Source of the DNA: an uncultured virus (IMG/VR IMGVR_UViG_3300022925_000007)
Lineage: Duplodnaviria; Heunggongvirae; Uroviricota; Caudoviricetes
DNA length: 64,000 nucleotides
Virus record (IMG/VR): IMGVR_UViG_3300022925_000007
Direction: 5' to 3' (one strand)
Positions 1 to 10,379 of the stretch are shown here, in pieces; positions within the stretch are counted from its first letter, which is position 1, and each line of letters begins with the position of its first letter. The notes below the pieces were generated by a model. It did not search any database, was not told where the DNA came from, and worked only from the letters and a program-made list of their open reading frames with translations. The position numbers and the translations under genes are program-made.

Positions 1-1
1 T

Positions 2-658
2 GATTTATTCACCAAGTTCGGCGTAGAGATACGTGATGCTGCTACGTTCATACTTGCGCGCCGACGTTGGAATCAAACCGTTGGACGTTTAGAAGGGTAC
101 GATAGCAACAAGTTTTATCGTCCAAGAGAAGGTGATGTAATTTACCTTCCGCTATCGCAAACCACATTCCAGATAATGAGCGTGCAATCTGAGTTGCCGT
201 TTTATCAGGTTAGCGACCTGCCTGTATTTAAACTGCGCTGTGAAGTATTCGAGTACAGCGACGAGGACTTCGATACTGGCATCGATGAGATTGATAGAGT
301 TGAGGAGTTTGCTGCATATCAATATGTTCTTACTATGGACTCAGCATCCACTGGGTTTGATCGCAACGAAACGATCACGCAAACCTTTGACGATTACAGT
401 ATCACTGGCGAAGTTGTTCGTTGGTCTGACTCCGATCTTAAACTATACGTTGCGCACATTGGTTCTAGCGATGGTCTTTACAGAGACTTCACGACAACTA
501 GAACATTAACAGGTTCAGAGTCTTCTGCCGTTGCCACGCCCACGCTGGTACAGCAACTTCAGAATATACAAGAGTCGGCGAAAGAAGTGACCTTTGATGC
601 TTCTACGTTTGAGTTTATTGACTTCAGCGAAAGCAATCCGTTTGGGGATCCACAATAA
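2..658 (+). CDS. gp14: Neck protein gp14 (5' truncated by window edge)
   Basis: Frame is open from position 2 (DLFTKFGVEIRD...RPREGDVIYLP); C-terminal DFSESNPFG; lies just upstream of gp15. Confidence 0.9.
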   Translation, partial: DLFTKFGVEIRDAATFILARRRWNQTVGRLEGYDSNKFYRPREGDVIYLPLSQTTFQIMSVQSELPFYQVSDLPVFKLRCEVFEYSDEDFDTGIDEIDRVEEFAAYQYVLTMDSASTGFDRNETITQTFDDYSITGEVVRWSDSDLKLYVAHIGSSDGLYRDFTTTRTLTGSESSAVATPTLVQQLQNIQESAKEVTFDASTFEFIDFSESNPFGDPQ

Positions 659-1455
659 TGTTTGGCGCTCACTTTTATAATCAGAGGATTCGTAAATCCG
701 TAGCAACATTTGGTACGTTATTCGATAATCTTTATGTCGTGCGCAAGGCAGGCAGCACGTCAGTCTCTCAGGTCAAGGTCCCGCTGAGTTATGGACCAAA
801 GCGAAAGTTTCTTGAGCGTATCGCCGATATGGAAAACGGTGAAGAGGCAGAACGCCAATTAGCAATTAAACTGCCGCGTATGTCATTTGAAATGACGGAT
901 ATGTCTTATGATGCCACACGACAGTTGCCCAAGAACAACAATTACAAGCGGTCTATAAGCGGCAGCACCAATACTGCTGGTAAGTATTACGTAGGTGTAC
1001 CATACCTTGTTTCGTTTCAACTGAACGTATATGCGAGGTCTCAGGACGATGCTTTACAGATAGTAGAGCAAATCGTTCCTTACTTCGGACCAAGTTACAC
1101 GTTGACTATATATCCATATGACGGCGTGACTGATATCGTTGAAGATGTACAGGTTACTCTCTCAGGCGTTTCGTTTAGTGACGAATACGAAGGAGAGATG
1201 GCACAGCGTAGGACAATCATCTATACGCTGGACTTTGAAATGAAGATAAACTTCTACGGTCCGGACCCTGCTAATTCTGGCGGCACGAAAATTATTCGCG
1301 AGATCAATACGAATTTATATTTTATGGACGAGGGATTGAACGATTCGGACTTATTTGCTGAAGCGGCGCAAATAAAACCCGTTCCGTTGAACGTGAGTTT
1401 GGACAGCGATTATACTTATGACTTTAGCATATTAGATAGCGCACAATTACCATGA
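658..1455 (+). CDS. gp15: Tail sheath stabilizer/terminator gp15
   Basis: FGTLFDN, VPLSYGPK, LPRMSFE and QIVEQIVPYF motifs; synteny. Confidence 0.93.
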   Translation: MFGAHFYNQRIRKSVATFGTLFDNLYVVRKAGSTSVSQVKVPLSYGPKRKFLERIADMENGEEAERQLAIKLPRMSFEMTDMSYDATRQLPKNNNYKRSISGSTNTAGKYYVGVPYLVSFQLNVYARSQDDALQIVEQIVPYFGPSYTLTIYPYDGVTDIVEDVQVTLSGVSFSDEYEGEMAQRRTIIYTLDFEMKINFYGPDPANSGGTKIIREINTNLYFMDEGLNDSDLFAEAAQIKPVPLNVSLDSDYTYDFSILDSAQLP

Positions 1456-1805
1456 GCGATGACAAATATAAGAACGACTACAATTATACCAAAGAAACTC
1501 TTTACGATTTAATTGAAAAGGGTCGAGAAGGTATAGAAGAAATGATAGAGGTCGCGCGCACGAGCGAACACCCGCGTGCGTACGAGGTCCTTGCTAAACT
1601 GATCAAAGATACCGCAGACGTATCCGATAAATTGATGGACTTAAATAAAAAGCACAAGGAAATCAATCGCGAAGATCAAAAGCAACTCCCCGCGTCGCAA
1701 ACGACGAACAATGTTTTTATCGGTAGCACTACTGACTTACAGCGAATGCTGCAGGATAGTAACATAAAAGATGTAACGCCTGAACATGATAGAACTGAAG
1801 GATAG
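1452..1805 (+). CDS. gp16: Terminase small subunit
   Basis: HPRAYEV and NNVFIGSTTDLQ motifs; upstream of gp17. Confidence 0.93.
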   Translation: MSDDKYKNDYNYTKETLYDLIEKGREGIEEMIEVARTSEHPRAYEVLAKLIKDTADVSDKLMDLNKKHKEINREDQKQLPASQTTNNVFIGSTTDLQRMLQDSNIKDVTPEHDRTEG

Positions 1806-3399
1806 TTATCTAGGGAACGCTAATGTTAAACGTGATGGCGTTTCTCAACAGTGGACTCAAGAACAGGTTCTAGAATATGCCAAGTGCATGCAAGACCCAT
1901 CGTACTTCACTAAAAAATATGTAAAAATTATTTCTCTCGATAAAGGATTGGTACCATTTAACCTATACCCTTATCAAGAAGAAATGTTCAATCATTTCAA
2001 TAACCATCGTTTTAATATCGTGCTCGCTGCCCGTCAGTCTGGCAAGACTATCGGCGTGGTTGCTTATCTGTTGTGGTATGCTTTATTTCACTCGGAAAAA
2101 ACCGTAGCGATACTTGCTAACAAAAGGGCAACCGCTCTTGAGATTCTATCACGTATTACTCTTGCCTTGGAAAACATTCCATTCTTTTTACAACCAGGAT
2201 GTAAGGCACTGAATAAAGGCAACATCGAGTTCTCGAATAATACCGAGATACTTGCTGCTTCAACGAGTAACAGTTCTATTCGTGGTAAGTCGGTCAACTT
2301 ATTATACCTTGACGAGTTTGCTTTCGTTGAGCGAGACGCTACTTTCTATACATCCACCTATCCTGTTATTACTGCCGGTACAACAACCAAGGTAATAATT
2401 ACTTCAACGGCAAACGGTATCGGAAACACCTTTCATAAGATATGGGAAGGCGCTTTACAGGGAATAAACTCCTACAAACCGTTTAGAATTGACTGGTGGG
2501 ACGTGCCAGGACGCGATGATCAATGGAAAGAAGAAACCATTGCGAATACATCGAATCGACAGTTTGATCAGGAAATGGGTAACACGTTCTTCGGCACGGG
2601 CGATACTTTGATTAACGCGGAGACGCTCATGAGTTTGAGAGCGAAACCGCCGATTAGAGTACTGGATGATCACAGTGTAAAAATATATGAAGAACCTATC
2701 CCCAACCATGATTATGTAATGCTAGTCGATGTATCTAAAGGTAGGGGCCAAGACTACTCAACCTTCAACATAATAGACATCAGCGTCAGACCGTTTAAAC
2801 AGGTTGCCGTTTACCGCAACAATTTAATCTCGCCGATACTATTTCCAAACGTGATATATAAGTATGCGAAACTTTATAATGAAGCATATGTGGTCATAGA
2901 AGCAAATGATCAGGGCAGCGTTGTATGTAACGGTTTATATTATGACTTAGAATATGAAGAAGTGCACACGTCTTCTGCCATAAAAGCAAACAGTATCGGC
3001 GTAGAGATGAACAGAAAAACCAAGCGCATCGGATGCTCAGGGTTTAAAGATCTACTCGAAACAAACAAGTTGGACGTGGTTGACGACCAAACGATATTAG
3101 AAATATCCACGTTTGTCGCAAGAGGAACATCATACGAAGCATCTGACGGTAACCATGATGACTTGGTTATGAACCTTGTGCTGCTTGGTTACTTTGTGAC
3201 CACAAGTTATTTTGAAGATCGAACGGATATTAATATCAAGGATTTGATGTTCAAGCAAAAGATGAAAGAAATAGAAGACGACGTGCTTCCATTCGGTTTC
3301 ATCGACAATGGACTGAGCGATATACCGCCCGAAGATGCCGATGATCCGTGGGAAATAAGAAGCGATGCTATGGGCGGCATGGCTGTCAATGATTGGTGA
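1786..3399 (+). CDS. gp17: Terminase large subunit
   Basis: Walker A ARQSGKT, Walker B LYLDEFAF, TSTANG, nuclease HDDLVM. Confidence 0.97.
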   Translation: MIELKDSYLGNANVKRDGVSQQWTQEQVLEYAKCMQDPSYFTKKYVKIISLDKGLVPFNLYPYQEEMFNHFNNHRFNIVLAARQSGKTIGVVAYLLWYALFHSEKTVAILANKRATALEILSRITLALENIPFFLQPGCKALNKGNIEFSNNTEILAASTSNSSIRGKSVNLLYLDEFAFVERDATFYTSTYPVITAGTTTKVIITSTANGIGNTFHKIWEGALQGINSYKPFRIDWWDVPGRDDQWKEETIANTSNRQFDQEMGNTFFGTGDTLINAETLMSLRAKPPIRVLDDHSVKIYEEPIPNHDYVMLVDVSKGRGQDYSTFNIIDISVRPFKQVAVYRNNLISPILFPNVIYKYAKLYNEAYVVIEANDQGSVVCNGLYYDLEYEEVHTSSAIKANSIGVEMNRKTKRIGCSGFKDLLETNKLDVVDDQTILEISTFVARGTSYEASDGNHDDLVMNLVLLGYFVTTSYFEDRTDINIKDLMFKQKMKEIEDDVLPFGFIDNGLSDIPPEDADDPWEIRSDAMGGMAVNDW

Positions 3400-3411
3400 G
3401 AACAAATTATT

Positions 3412-3419
3412 TATAAATA
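3412..3419 (+). promoter_or_regulatory. T4-type late promoter TATAAATA (gp18)
   Basis: Exact gp55 consensus in the intergenic region before the sheath gene. Confidence 0.85.
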
Positions 3420-3481
3420 ATAGCAGCGATTCTCAACCGTATTATGTTTTCTTATAATTAGACAACGAGAAGGATATAAAA

Positions 3482-5266
3482 ATGGGACTATTTACTTCAT
3501 CTTTATCTCCTGCAGTAACTGTAAAAGAAATCGACCTTACTGGTGTATCACCTAATGTCGCAACTTCTATTGCTGGTATTGTTGGAGCATATAAATGGGG
3601 TCCTGTTTTAGAACCAACCACCATCGCTAACGAGGGCGAGTTGGCTGAAACATTTGGTACTCCATCATTAACAACAGCAGTTGATTATTTTTCTGCTGCA
3701 AATTTTTTAAAGTACTCCGGTAATCTAATCGTATGCCGTAACGTTGGTGATAGCGCATTAAATGCGGTATCTGGTGTTGACACGTTCGGTTTTCTAGATT
3801 CCGGTGATGTACGAACCAGAGTTTTAATCAAGAACGACGACGATTATGATACTCAAAAGAGCACGCTGTTGGCAAAGAAAACTGGCGCTTGGGTAGCAAA
3901 ATATCCTGGCGCATTAGGAAACTCTTTATCAGTTTCTATCTGGGCTGCTGATAGTGGCGGCGCAGCATTCTCAACTTGGGATTATTCTGACGAGTTTGGT
4001 GCTGACGTTGGCACCAGTACTTGGGCGACAAACCAAGCTGCTGCGTTGACCAACGATGAGATTCACGTTGCCGTTATTGACCGCAACGGTGCTTTCAGCG
4101 GAACCGCTGGCGCTGTTCTCGAAACGTATCCATTCCTTTCTGTAGCGAAAGGTGCAAAGACCACTGACGGAAGCGTAAATTATTTCGCTGACGTAATTGA
4201 TCGTGCTTCTCAGTATGTTAAGTTTGCAGGTTTTGATTCATCTTGGAGCTATGGCACCAACTGGAACACGGAAGCAGATAGCGCAGGCGTCAGCATTAAC
4301 TTTGATGCAGGTTATACGCGCAGCAACAGTTCTGCAACCGAAACGCTTTCCGGAGGTTCTGATGGTGCAGCATTAGGAACTTCTGAATTTGCCTTGGGAT
4401 ATGATGAGTTTGAAGATCAGGATGCTGTTGATGTTCAGATTCTTATCGCGCCAGGAATGGCATCTAGTTCCGATCAAGTCACGATAGTCAACGACCTTGT
4501 TTCAATCGCGTCAGGTACTCGTAAGGACTGTATCGTAACCGCATCACCTGACCGCAACGCTGTAGTGCGTCAGTCTGATCCAGTTAACGAAACATTGGCA
4601 ACTGTTGCTCAATTTACTGCATCAAATTACTTGGTTGTCGACAACAACTACTTGAAGGTCTACGACAAGTATAACGATCAGTTCGTGTTCATCCCAGGTG
4701 CTTCAGCAACAGCAGGTTGTTGTGCTGCTACTGACGCAAACTTTGGCCCATGGTATTCACCAGCAGGTCAAAAGCGCGGTAACATTCTGGGTGTAACAGG
4801 ACTCGCTTATACTGCCAGTAAGACACAGCGTGACAGTCTGTACAAGGTTGGTGTCAATCCAATCGTACAGTTGCCAGGACAGGGCACTATTCTGTTCGGC
4901 GACAAGACTAAAGAGTCGCGCCCATCAGCGTTTGATCGTATCAATGTTCGCCGTTTGTTCCTTGCTATCGAGAAGTCTATTTCTCTGGCAGCGCGGAACT
5001 TCTTGTTTGAGTTCAACGATGAATTCACGCGCTCGGAGTTTGTTGGTATCGTAGAACCTGTCCTACGGGAAATCCAAGCACGTCGCGGTATTACTAACTA
5101 CTATATACAATGTGATGAGAGTAATAACACGCCAGCAGTTGTCGATAGAAATGAACTTATTGCTTCTATCTTCGTTAAACCTGCTCGCTCTATTAACTTC
5201 ATTACTCTTAACTTTGTAGCAGTAAGAAGCGGCATTCAGTTTGAAGAAGTTGTTGGGACTGTATAA
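3482..5266 (+). CDS. gp18: Tail sheath protein
   Basis: SPAVTVKEIDLT, WGP, AKYPGALGN, FDRINVRRLF, KPARSINFITLNF. Confidence 0.97.
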   Translation: MGLFTSSLSPAVTVKEIDLTGVSPNVATSIAGIVGAYKWGPVLEPTTIANEGELAETFGTPSLTTAVDYFSAANFLKYSGNLIVCRNVGDSALNAVSGVDTFGFLDSGDVRTRVLIKNDDDYDTQKSTLLAKKTGAWVAKYPGALGNSLSVSIWAADSGGAAFSTWDYSDEFGADVGTSTWATNQAAALTNDEIHVAVIDRNGAFSGTAGAVLETYPFLSVAKGAKTTDGSVNYFADVIDRASQYVKFAGFDSSWSYGTNWNTEADSAGVSINFDAGYTRSNSSATETLSGGSDGAALGTSEFALGYDEFEDQDAVDVQILIAPGMASSSDQVTIVNDLVSIASGTRKDCIVTASPDRNAVVRQSDPVNETLATVAQFTASNYLVVDNNYLKVYDKYNDQFVFIPGASATAGCCAATDANFGPWYSPAGQKRGNILGVTGLAYTASKTQRDSLYKVGVNPIVQLPGQGTILFGDKTKESRPSAFDRINVRRLFLAIEKSISLAARNFLFEFNDEFTRSEFVGIVEPVLREIQARRGITNYYIQCDESNNTPAVVDRNELIASIFVKPARSINFITLNFVAVRSGIQFEEVVGTV

Positions 5267-5278
5267 TAGGAGATAACA

Positions 5279-5806
5279 ATGCCAATTTTAAGAGTAGATG
5301 ACTTTAAAGGTAAACTGTCAGGAGGTGGCGCTCGCGCCAACCTCTTCGATGTCAACATAGTATTTCCAGCATACGCTGGCGGTGACACCGAACTGACGAA
5401 CTTTATGTGTCGCGCGACAAACATGCCAGGATCAACGATCGCAACAATCCCCGTATTGTTCCGTGGTCGTGAGGTCAAGGTAGCAGGAGATAGGACTTTC
5501 GAAGACTGGTCTATCACTGTTTACAACGATACGAACTTCTCGGTTCGCAATTCATTCGAGACTTGGATGAACGGTATCAATGCTCATGAAGAAAATAGCG
5601 GTCTTACTTCACCTACTGCATATCAATCAGATATGCAGGTTCGTCAATTAGACAAGAACGGTGACGTATTAAAGACGTATCAGCTTCGTGGGGCGTTTCC
5701 GATAACCGTTTCACCAATCGAACTTACTTACGATCAGGCAGGTGCGATCGAAGAGTTTGAAGTTACGATCGCGTATCAGTACTGGACTTCGGATACTACA
5801 TCCTAG
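5279..5806 (+). CDS. gp19: Tail tube protein
   Basis: GGARANLF, FRGREVKVAGDRTFEDW. Confidence 0.96.
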   Translation: MPILRVDDFKGKLSGGGARANLFDVNIVFPAYAGGDTELTNFMCRATNMPGSTIATIPVLFRGREVKVAGDRTFEDWSITVYNDTNFSVRNSFETWMNGINAHEENSGLTSPTAYQSDMQVRQLDKNGDVLKTYQLRGAFPITVSPIELTYDQAGAIEEFEVTIAYQYWTSDTTS

Positions 5807-5876
5807 TTTTAGCGTGGTACTAAATAGTGTACAGGGAGGTATCTCCTCCCTGTCATTTTTATATTAGGAATAATCA

Positions 5877-7409
5877 ATGGCCGATTCAACTTTCAACATA
5901 TTTGGTTTCGAAATCAAAAGGAAGAAAGAGAAGCAAGCAGAAAAACTTGTTTCTGTCGTTCCTCCTACTGACGAAGATGGCGCGGGATACGTTACTGCGT
6001 CGGGGCATCATTATGGTTACTATGTTGATATGGATGGCGGTGCGAATGCTAAGGATAACTTGCAACTTATACGCAAGTATCGTGGCGTTGCACAGCATCC
6101 AGAAGTTGACATGGCGATCGAAGAAATCGTCAACGAATCAATTGTCACTGGCGATAACAAAGCATCTGTACAACTCTCACTTGACGAAGTCGAAACATCG
6201 GAGTCAGTCAAGAAAAAAATTCAGGAAGAGTTCGATAACATTTATTCCATGCTCAACTTTAATGACTATGGGCATGACATCTTTCGTTCTTGGTACATTG
6301 ACGGAAGAATATATCACCACTTGGTTGTCGATGCCGGCAACGAAAAGGCAGGCATTCAAGAAATACGTTATATTGACTCGTCTAAGATAAGAAAGGTCAA
6401 GGAAGTAAAGCATAAGACTGACCAGAAGAGTGGTGTGAAAGTTGTTGATGAGGTCAAAGAGTTTTATATCTATGAAGAAAAACCAGGCAACAAAACCAAT
6501 GTAATCAAACTTTCTACTGACAGCGTCAGTTATGTTACGTCCGGTTTGCTAGACGAGAATAAGCGTCGAGTGGTTTCTTATCTTCATAAGGCAATTAAAC
6601 CAATTAATCAGTTGCGCATGATGGAAGACAGTTTGGTTATCTACCGTCTCTCACGTGCACCTGAGCGAAGAATCTTTTATATCGACGTGGGTAACCTGCC
6701 ACGCGGTAAAGCAGAACAATATCTAAAAGACATTATGGCGCGATACAGAAATAAACTTGTATATGACGCCAACACGGGCGAACTGAAAGACGATCGAAAG
6801 CATATGTCTATGCTTGAGGACTTTTGGTTACCACGTAGGGAAGGTGGTAAAGGTACAGAGATATCTACGCTTCCTGGTGGCGAAAACCTTGGTCAGATCG
6901 ATGATATAATCTATTTCCAGAAGCGCGTGTACCGTGCGTTGAACGTACCAGTAAACCGTCTAGAACAAGAAGCGCAGTTCTCGCTCGGGCGAACCAGCGA
7001 GATATCTCGGGACGAAGTGAAGTTTCAGAAGTTTGTCGATCGCCTTCGCGCTCGTTTCGGTAAGTTGTTCTTAGGTATTCTGAAAAAGCAATTACTGCTT
7101 AAGAATATTATTACCGAACAAGACTGGGAAGAAATGAAAAGCGATATCTTCGTTGACTATATGCGTGATAATCACTTTACTGAATTGAAGGATAGTGAAA
7201 TACTACGTGAAAGAATTGCTACCCTTGATCAAATTTCTCAATATGTTGGCACTTACTTTACACAAGAGTGGGTCATGCGTAATGTTCTACAACTTTCTGA
7301 CGATGACATAAAAGAATTGCAGAAAGACGTTGAGAAAGAAGACCCGCCGGAAGACGGCGATAACATGGATATTGAAGCAGAACCTGCAGGAGAAGAAGAT
7401 AATGAGTGA
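5877..7409 (+). CDS. gp20: Portal vertex protein
   Basis: YRLSRAPERRIFYIDVGNLP, EDFWLPRREGGKGTEI. Confidence 0.97.
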   Translation: MADSTFNIFGFEIKRKKEKQAEKLVSVVPPTDEDGAGYVTASGHHYGYYVDMDGGANAKDNLQLIRKYRGVAQHPEVDMAIEEIVNESIVTGDNKASVQLSLDEVETSESVKKKIQEEFDNIYSMLNFNDYGHDIFRSWYIDGRIYHHLVVDAGNEKAGIQEIRYIDSSKIRKVKEVKHKTDQKSGVKVVDEVKEFYIYEEKPGNKTNVIKLSTDSVSYVTSGLLDENKRRVVSYLHKAIKPINQLRMMEDSLVIYRLSRAPERRIFYIDVGNLPRGKAEQYLKDIMARYRNKLVYDANTGELKDDRKHMSMLEDFWLPRREGGKGTEISTLPGGENLGQIDDIIYFQKRVYRALNVPVNRLEQEAQFSLGRTSEISRDEVKFQKFVDRLRARFGKLFLGILKKQLLLKNIITEQDWEEMKSDIFVDYMRDNHFTELKDSEILRERIATLDQISQYVGTYFTQEWVMRNVLQLSDDDIKELQKDVEKEDPPEDGDNMDIEAEPAGEEDNE

Positions 7410-7653
7410 AGATATTTTAAAGATGATTGACGCGATTAATTCCAAAGAATACAACGACGCGAACGATACGTTTAATGGTTTGATTGCACAAAAATTAGAT
7501 CAGGCATTAGAGCAAGAAAAAGTTAGTGTTGCCTCTAGTGTTTTCGGTAGCAAAGAAGAAAACGAATTCGACCAAGAAGTGGAAGATGCCCTAGAGGTCG
7601 AGGAAGTCGAAGAAGAACCAGAAACTACGGAGCACGAGGATGAAGATCTTTGA
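7402..7653 (+). CDS. gp67: Prohead core protein gp67-like (acidic)
   Basis: Small acidic protein directly after portal; ATG at 7402. Confidence 0.6.
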   Translation: MSEDILKMIDAINSKEYNDANDTFNGLIAQKLDQALEQEKVSVASSVFGSKEENEFDQEVEDALEVEEVEEEPETTEHEDEDL

Positions 7654-8563
7654 CGAAATGCGTCATCATTTAAAGGAGTCGATGGATCCACGCGACTTTA
7701 CTGACAAACCAGGATACGTCGTGGTTGTCAAATTTAAGAAAGGCGGAGAAGAAATTAAATACTACTCCGAAAAAGAGCAAGCGGCAAAGAAATATGCTGA
7801 TCGAGTTAACAAGGTTAACAAGGTCGGAGATGTGGCGCGTGTTCTTAAGACTGATGGTCGTAAGATAATGGAAGCAGTAGATCCTGCTGATACTGGCGGG
7901 GCAGAAGAAACAAATATGGCAGTAAAACAGATTGCTGCTATGCGTCACTTCCTCGACGGAATTGAGTCTCGTGTCAAGAAAGAAGGCGATATGGAGGAGT
8001 GGTTTCAGAACAAACTCACCAAAGCAAACGATTATCTTAAGACGCTATACTCATATGGTAAGGGTGATGTTGCTGAATCTGTGGGGGAAGAAATTGATGA
8101 AGCAGTTGAGTTTCACGTTAGACTGGATCACCTTGACGGCGATAAGAGAATGAAAGGTGCTCTCGATTTGCTAAAGAAATACGAAAAGTCTAAGAAGATT
8201 GATTTCGAAGGCGAAACTGATAAGGGTGTTGCCTTTTCTGCCAAAAGCAAGTCTGATATATCTAAACTGGATAGGGAACTCAAAAAGTTTGCTACAGGTG
8301 CTCAGATGAATGAAGAACAGGATCCTCTTCTTGCTGATGAAAATCCAGTCACGGAAAATGGTCAGGACTGTGCGAAATCATTCCAAGATATAAGGGAAGC
8401 AAAATCCGTAGTGTTCTCTAAAAAAATTAAGGGTATGCACGGCGAAGTCAAGAAAACAAACAAGGGGTTTGTTGCTTATATTGACGGCGACGAACTTGAT
8501 ACCTACAAGAATTTGAACGATGCCAAGAAGGGCATTGAAGTAGCAATGAAAGAATTGTCATAG
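7640..8563 (+). CDS. Putative prohead core/internal head polyprotein (gp68 position)
   Basis: Between gp67 and gp21; N-terminus MKIFDEMRHHLKE; modules separated by Glu sites. Confidence 0.5.
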   Translation: MKIFDEMRHHLKESMDPRDFTDKPGYVVVVKFKKGGEEIKYYSEKEQAAKKYADRVNKVNKVGDVARVLKTDGRKIMEAVDPADTGGAEETNMAVKQIAAMRHFLDGIESRVKKEGDMEEWFQNKLTKANDYLKTLYSYGKGDVAESVGEEIDEAVEFHVRLDHLDGDKRMKGALDLLKKYEKSKKIDFEGETDKGVAFSAKSKSDISKLDRELKKFATGAQMNEEQDPLLADENPVTENGQDCAKSFQDIREAKSVVFSKKIKGMHGEVKKTNKGFVAYIDGDELDTYKNLNDAKKGIEVAMKELS

Positions 8564-8579
8564 TCAAGATCAAAATTAT

Positions 8580-8587
8580 TATAAATA
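8580..8587 (+). promoter_or_regulatory. Late promoter TATAAATA (gp21)
   Basis: Exact consensus, intergenic. Confidence 0.85.
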
Positions 8588-8610
8588 AACTATAAAACAC
8601 GGAAACGATT

Positions 8611-9270
8611 ATGAAACTAATTGCCGAATACACCGAAAGCGATGTTCAATGCATCGTAGAAAAAAGGGAAGATGGTACTAAAAAGTACATCATCGAAGGT
8701 GTCTTTGCGCAAGCAGATAAGAAGAATCGTAACGGACGTGTTTATCCAAAAGCAATCATGGAAGGTGCTGTTGGTAAATACGTTGACGAACAAGTATCTA
8801 AGCAACGTGCGGTCGGTGAATTAAATCACCCTGAAGGACCAACTGTTAACTTAGACAAAGTTTCACACCTCATTACCGACCTTCGATTCGAGGGGAATAA
8901 TGTGGTGGGAAAGGCATCTATACTTGAAACTCCTATGGGTAAAATCGTTCAAGGTTTACTCGACGGTGGTGTAAGACTAGGTGTCTCGACTCGTGGTATG
9001 GGTAGTCTTGAGCAGAGAAATGATGCAATGTACGTTAAAGAAGACTTCATGTTGAATGCGGTCGATATCGTACAGGATCCGTCAGCGCCAAATGCATTTG
9101 TTAATGGAGTTATGGAAGGTGTTGAGTGGGTTTGGAATAACGGCATCATCGAACCTCAAGTAATTGAGAAAGTAGAGACTGAAATTAAGAGAGCTCCAAG
9201 CAAGCGACTTTACGAGACGCAGGTTCGCGAGTTTAAAAATTTCCTCTCGTCACTGACTAAAAGCATATAA
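8611..9270 (+). CDS. gp21: Prohead protease
   Basis: NRNGRVYP, GELNHP, GVSTRGMGS, DIVQDPSAP. Confidence 0.97.
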   Translation: MKLIAEYTESDVQCIVEKREDGTKKYIIEGVFAQADKKNRNGRVYPKAIMEGAVGKYVDEQVSKQRAVGELNHPEGPTVNLDKVSHLITDLRFEGNNVVGKASILETPMGKIVQGLLDGGVRLGVSTRGMGSLEQRNDAMYVKEDFMLNAVDIVQDPSAPNAFVNGVMEGVEWVWNNGIIEPQVIEKVETEIKRAPSKRLYETQVREFKNFLSSLTKSI

Positions 9271-9282
9271 TAGGAGATAAGC

Positions 9283-10356
9283 ATGAATCCAGAACAGGAA
9301 AATGTTGAGCTCCACGATGACGAGCAGGAAATCGTGGAAGCTGCTGCAGAAAAAATGCCAGTCGGCACCGAAGACGACTCAGAGAAATCTGTGGCGAAAG
9401 CGGGCGACGCAACTGGTAAAGCACCACTGCCTTCAACTGGCACTGCATCTCACAATACTAAGCAAGAGCCAATGCCACGCACCAAGGCAGGTATGGTAAA
9501 TGCTATGTATGGTAAGATGAATGCTATGAAGAAGGTTGAACTTCAAGCAGCGTATAACAAAATGATGGGCGAAGAAGTTGAGATGGAAGACGAAGACGTC
9601 GTAACAGAAACCCGTGCGGTTGAAGTTAAGGTTGACTTCTCTGAAGATCTGAATGCTTTGATTGAGTCTGAAGCAACTCTTTCTGAAGAGTTCAAGGACA
9701 AGACTGCTGTAATCTTTGAAGCAGCTCTTAAGAGCAAACTCTCTACTGAAATTGATCGATTGGAAGAACAGTATCGTACCGAACTCGATGAGGAAATTGT
9801 CCGCACTCGAGATGACATGGTCGAGAAAGTTGATTCCTACCTTAACTACGTGGTTGAGAACTGGATGGAAGAAAACAAACTTGCTGTACGGCAAGGTTTG
9901 CGTACTGAAATTGCAGAAGATTTCATGAACGGTCTTAAGACTCTGTTCACTGAATCTTATGTAGACGTACCTGAGTCCAAGGTCGACCTCGTTGACGAAT
10001 TAGCGCAGCAAGTAGCAGAACTCGAAGAGTCTCTGAACAAGACTACTGAAAGTGCTATTCAAATGTCTGAGGCAATTGAGGGTTATCAGCGCGAAGCGAT
10101 TATTCGTGAGCATGCTGAAGGTCTTGCTGCTACTCAGATTGATAAATTACGCTCTCTTGTAGAAGACGTGGACTTTGACGACGAAGAATCTTTCTCTAAG
10201 AAAGTTAAGACCGTCAAAGAGTCATACTTCAACAGCAAGAAAGTATCTGCTGATGAGTCTATCGTAGAAGAAACTGAAGGCGAGGCAGATGATACTGTCG
10301 AGACTTCTAGTTCTACTTCTCAGTACCTCTCAGCGCTGAAGCGTTTTAACCAGTAA
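9283..10356 (+). CDS. gp22: Prohead core scaffold protein
   Basis: Acidic coiled coil; YLNYVVENW, FMNGLKTLFTE, VKESYF; precedes gp23. Confidence 0.93.
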   Translation: MNPEQENVELHDDEQEIVEAAAEKMPVGTEDDSEKSVAKAGDATGKAPLPSTGTASHNTKQEPMPRTKAGMVNAMYGKMNAMKKVELQAAYNKMMGEEVEMEDEDVVTETRAVEVKVDFSEDLNALIESEATLSEEFKDKTAVIFEAALKSKLSTEIDRLEEQYRTELDEEIVRTRDDMVEKVDSYLNYVVENWMEENKLAVRQGLRTEIAEDFMNGLKTLFTESYVDVPESKVDLVDELAQQVAELEESLNKTTESAIQMSEAIEGYQREAIIREHAEGLAATQIDKLRSLVEDVDFDDEESFSKKVKTVKESYFNSKKVSADESIVEETEGEADDTVETSSSTSQYLSALKRFNQ

Positions 10357-10379
10357 AAAAATAATAGGAGAAATATCTA

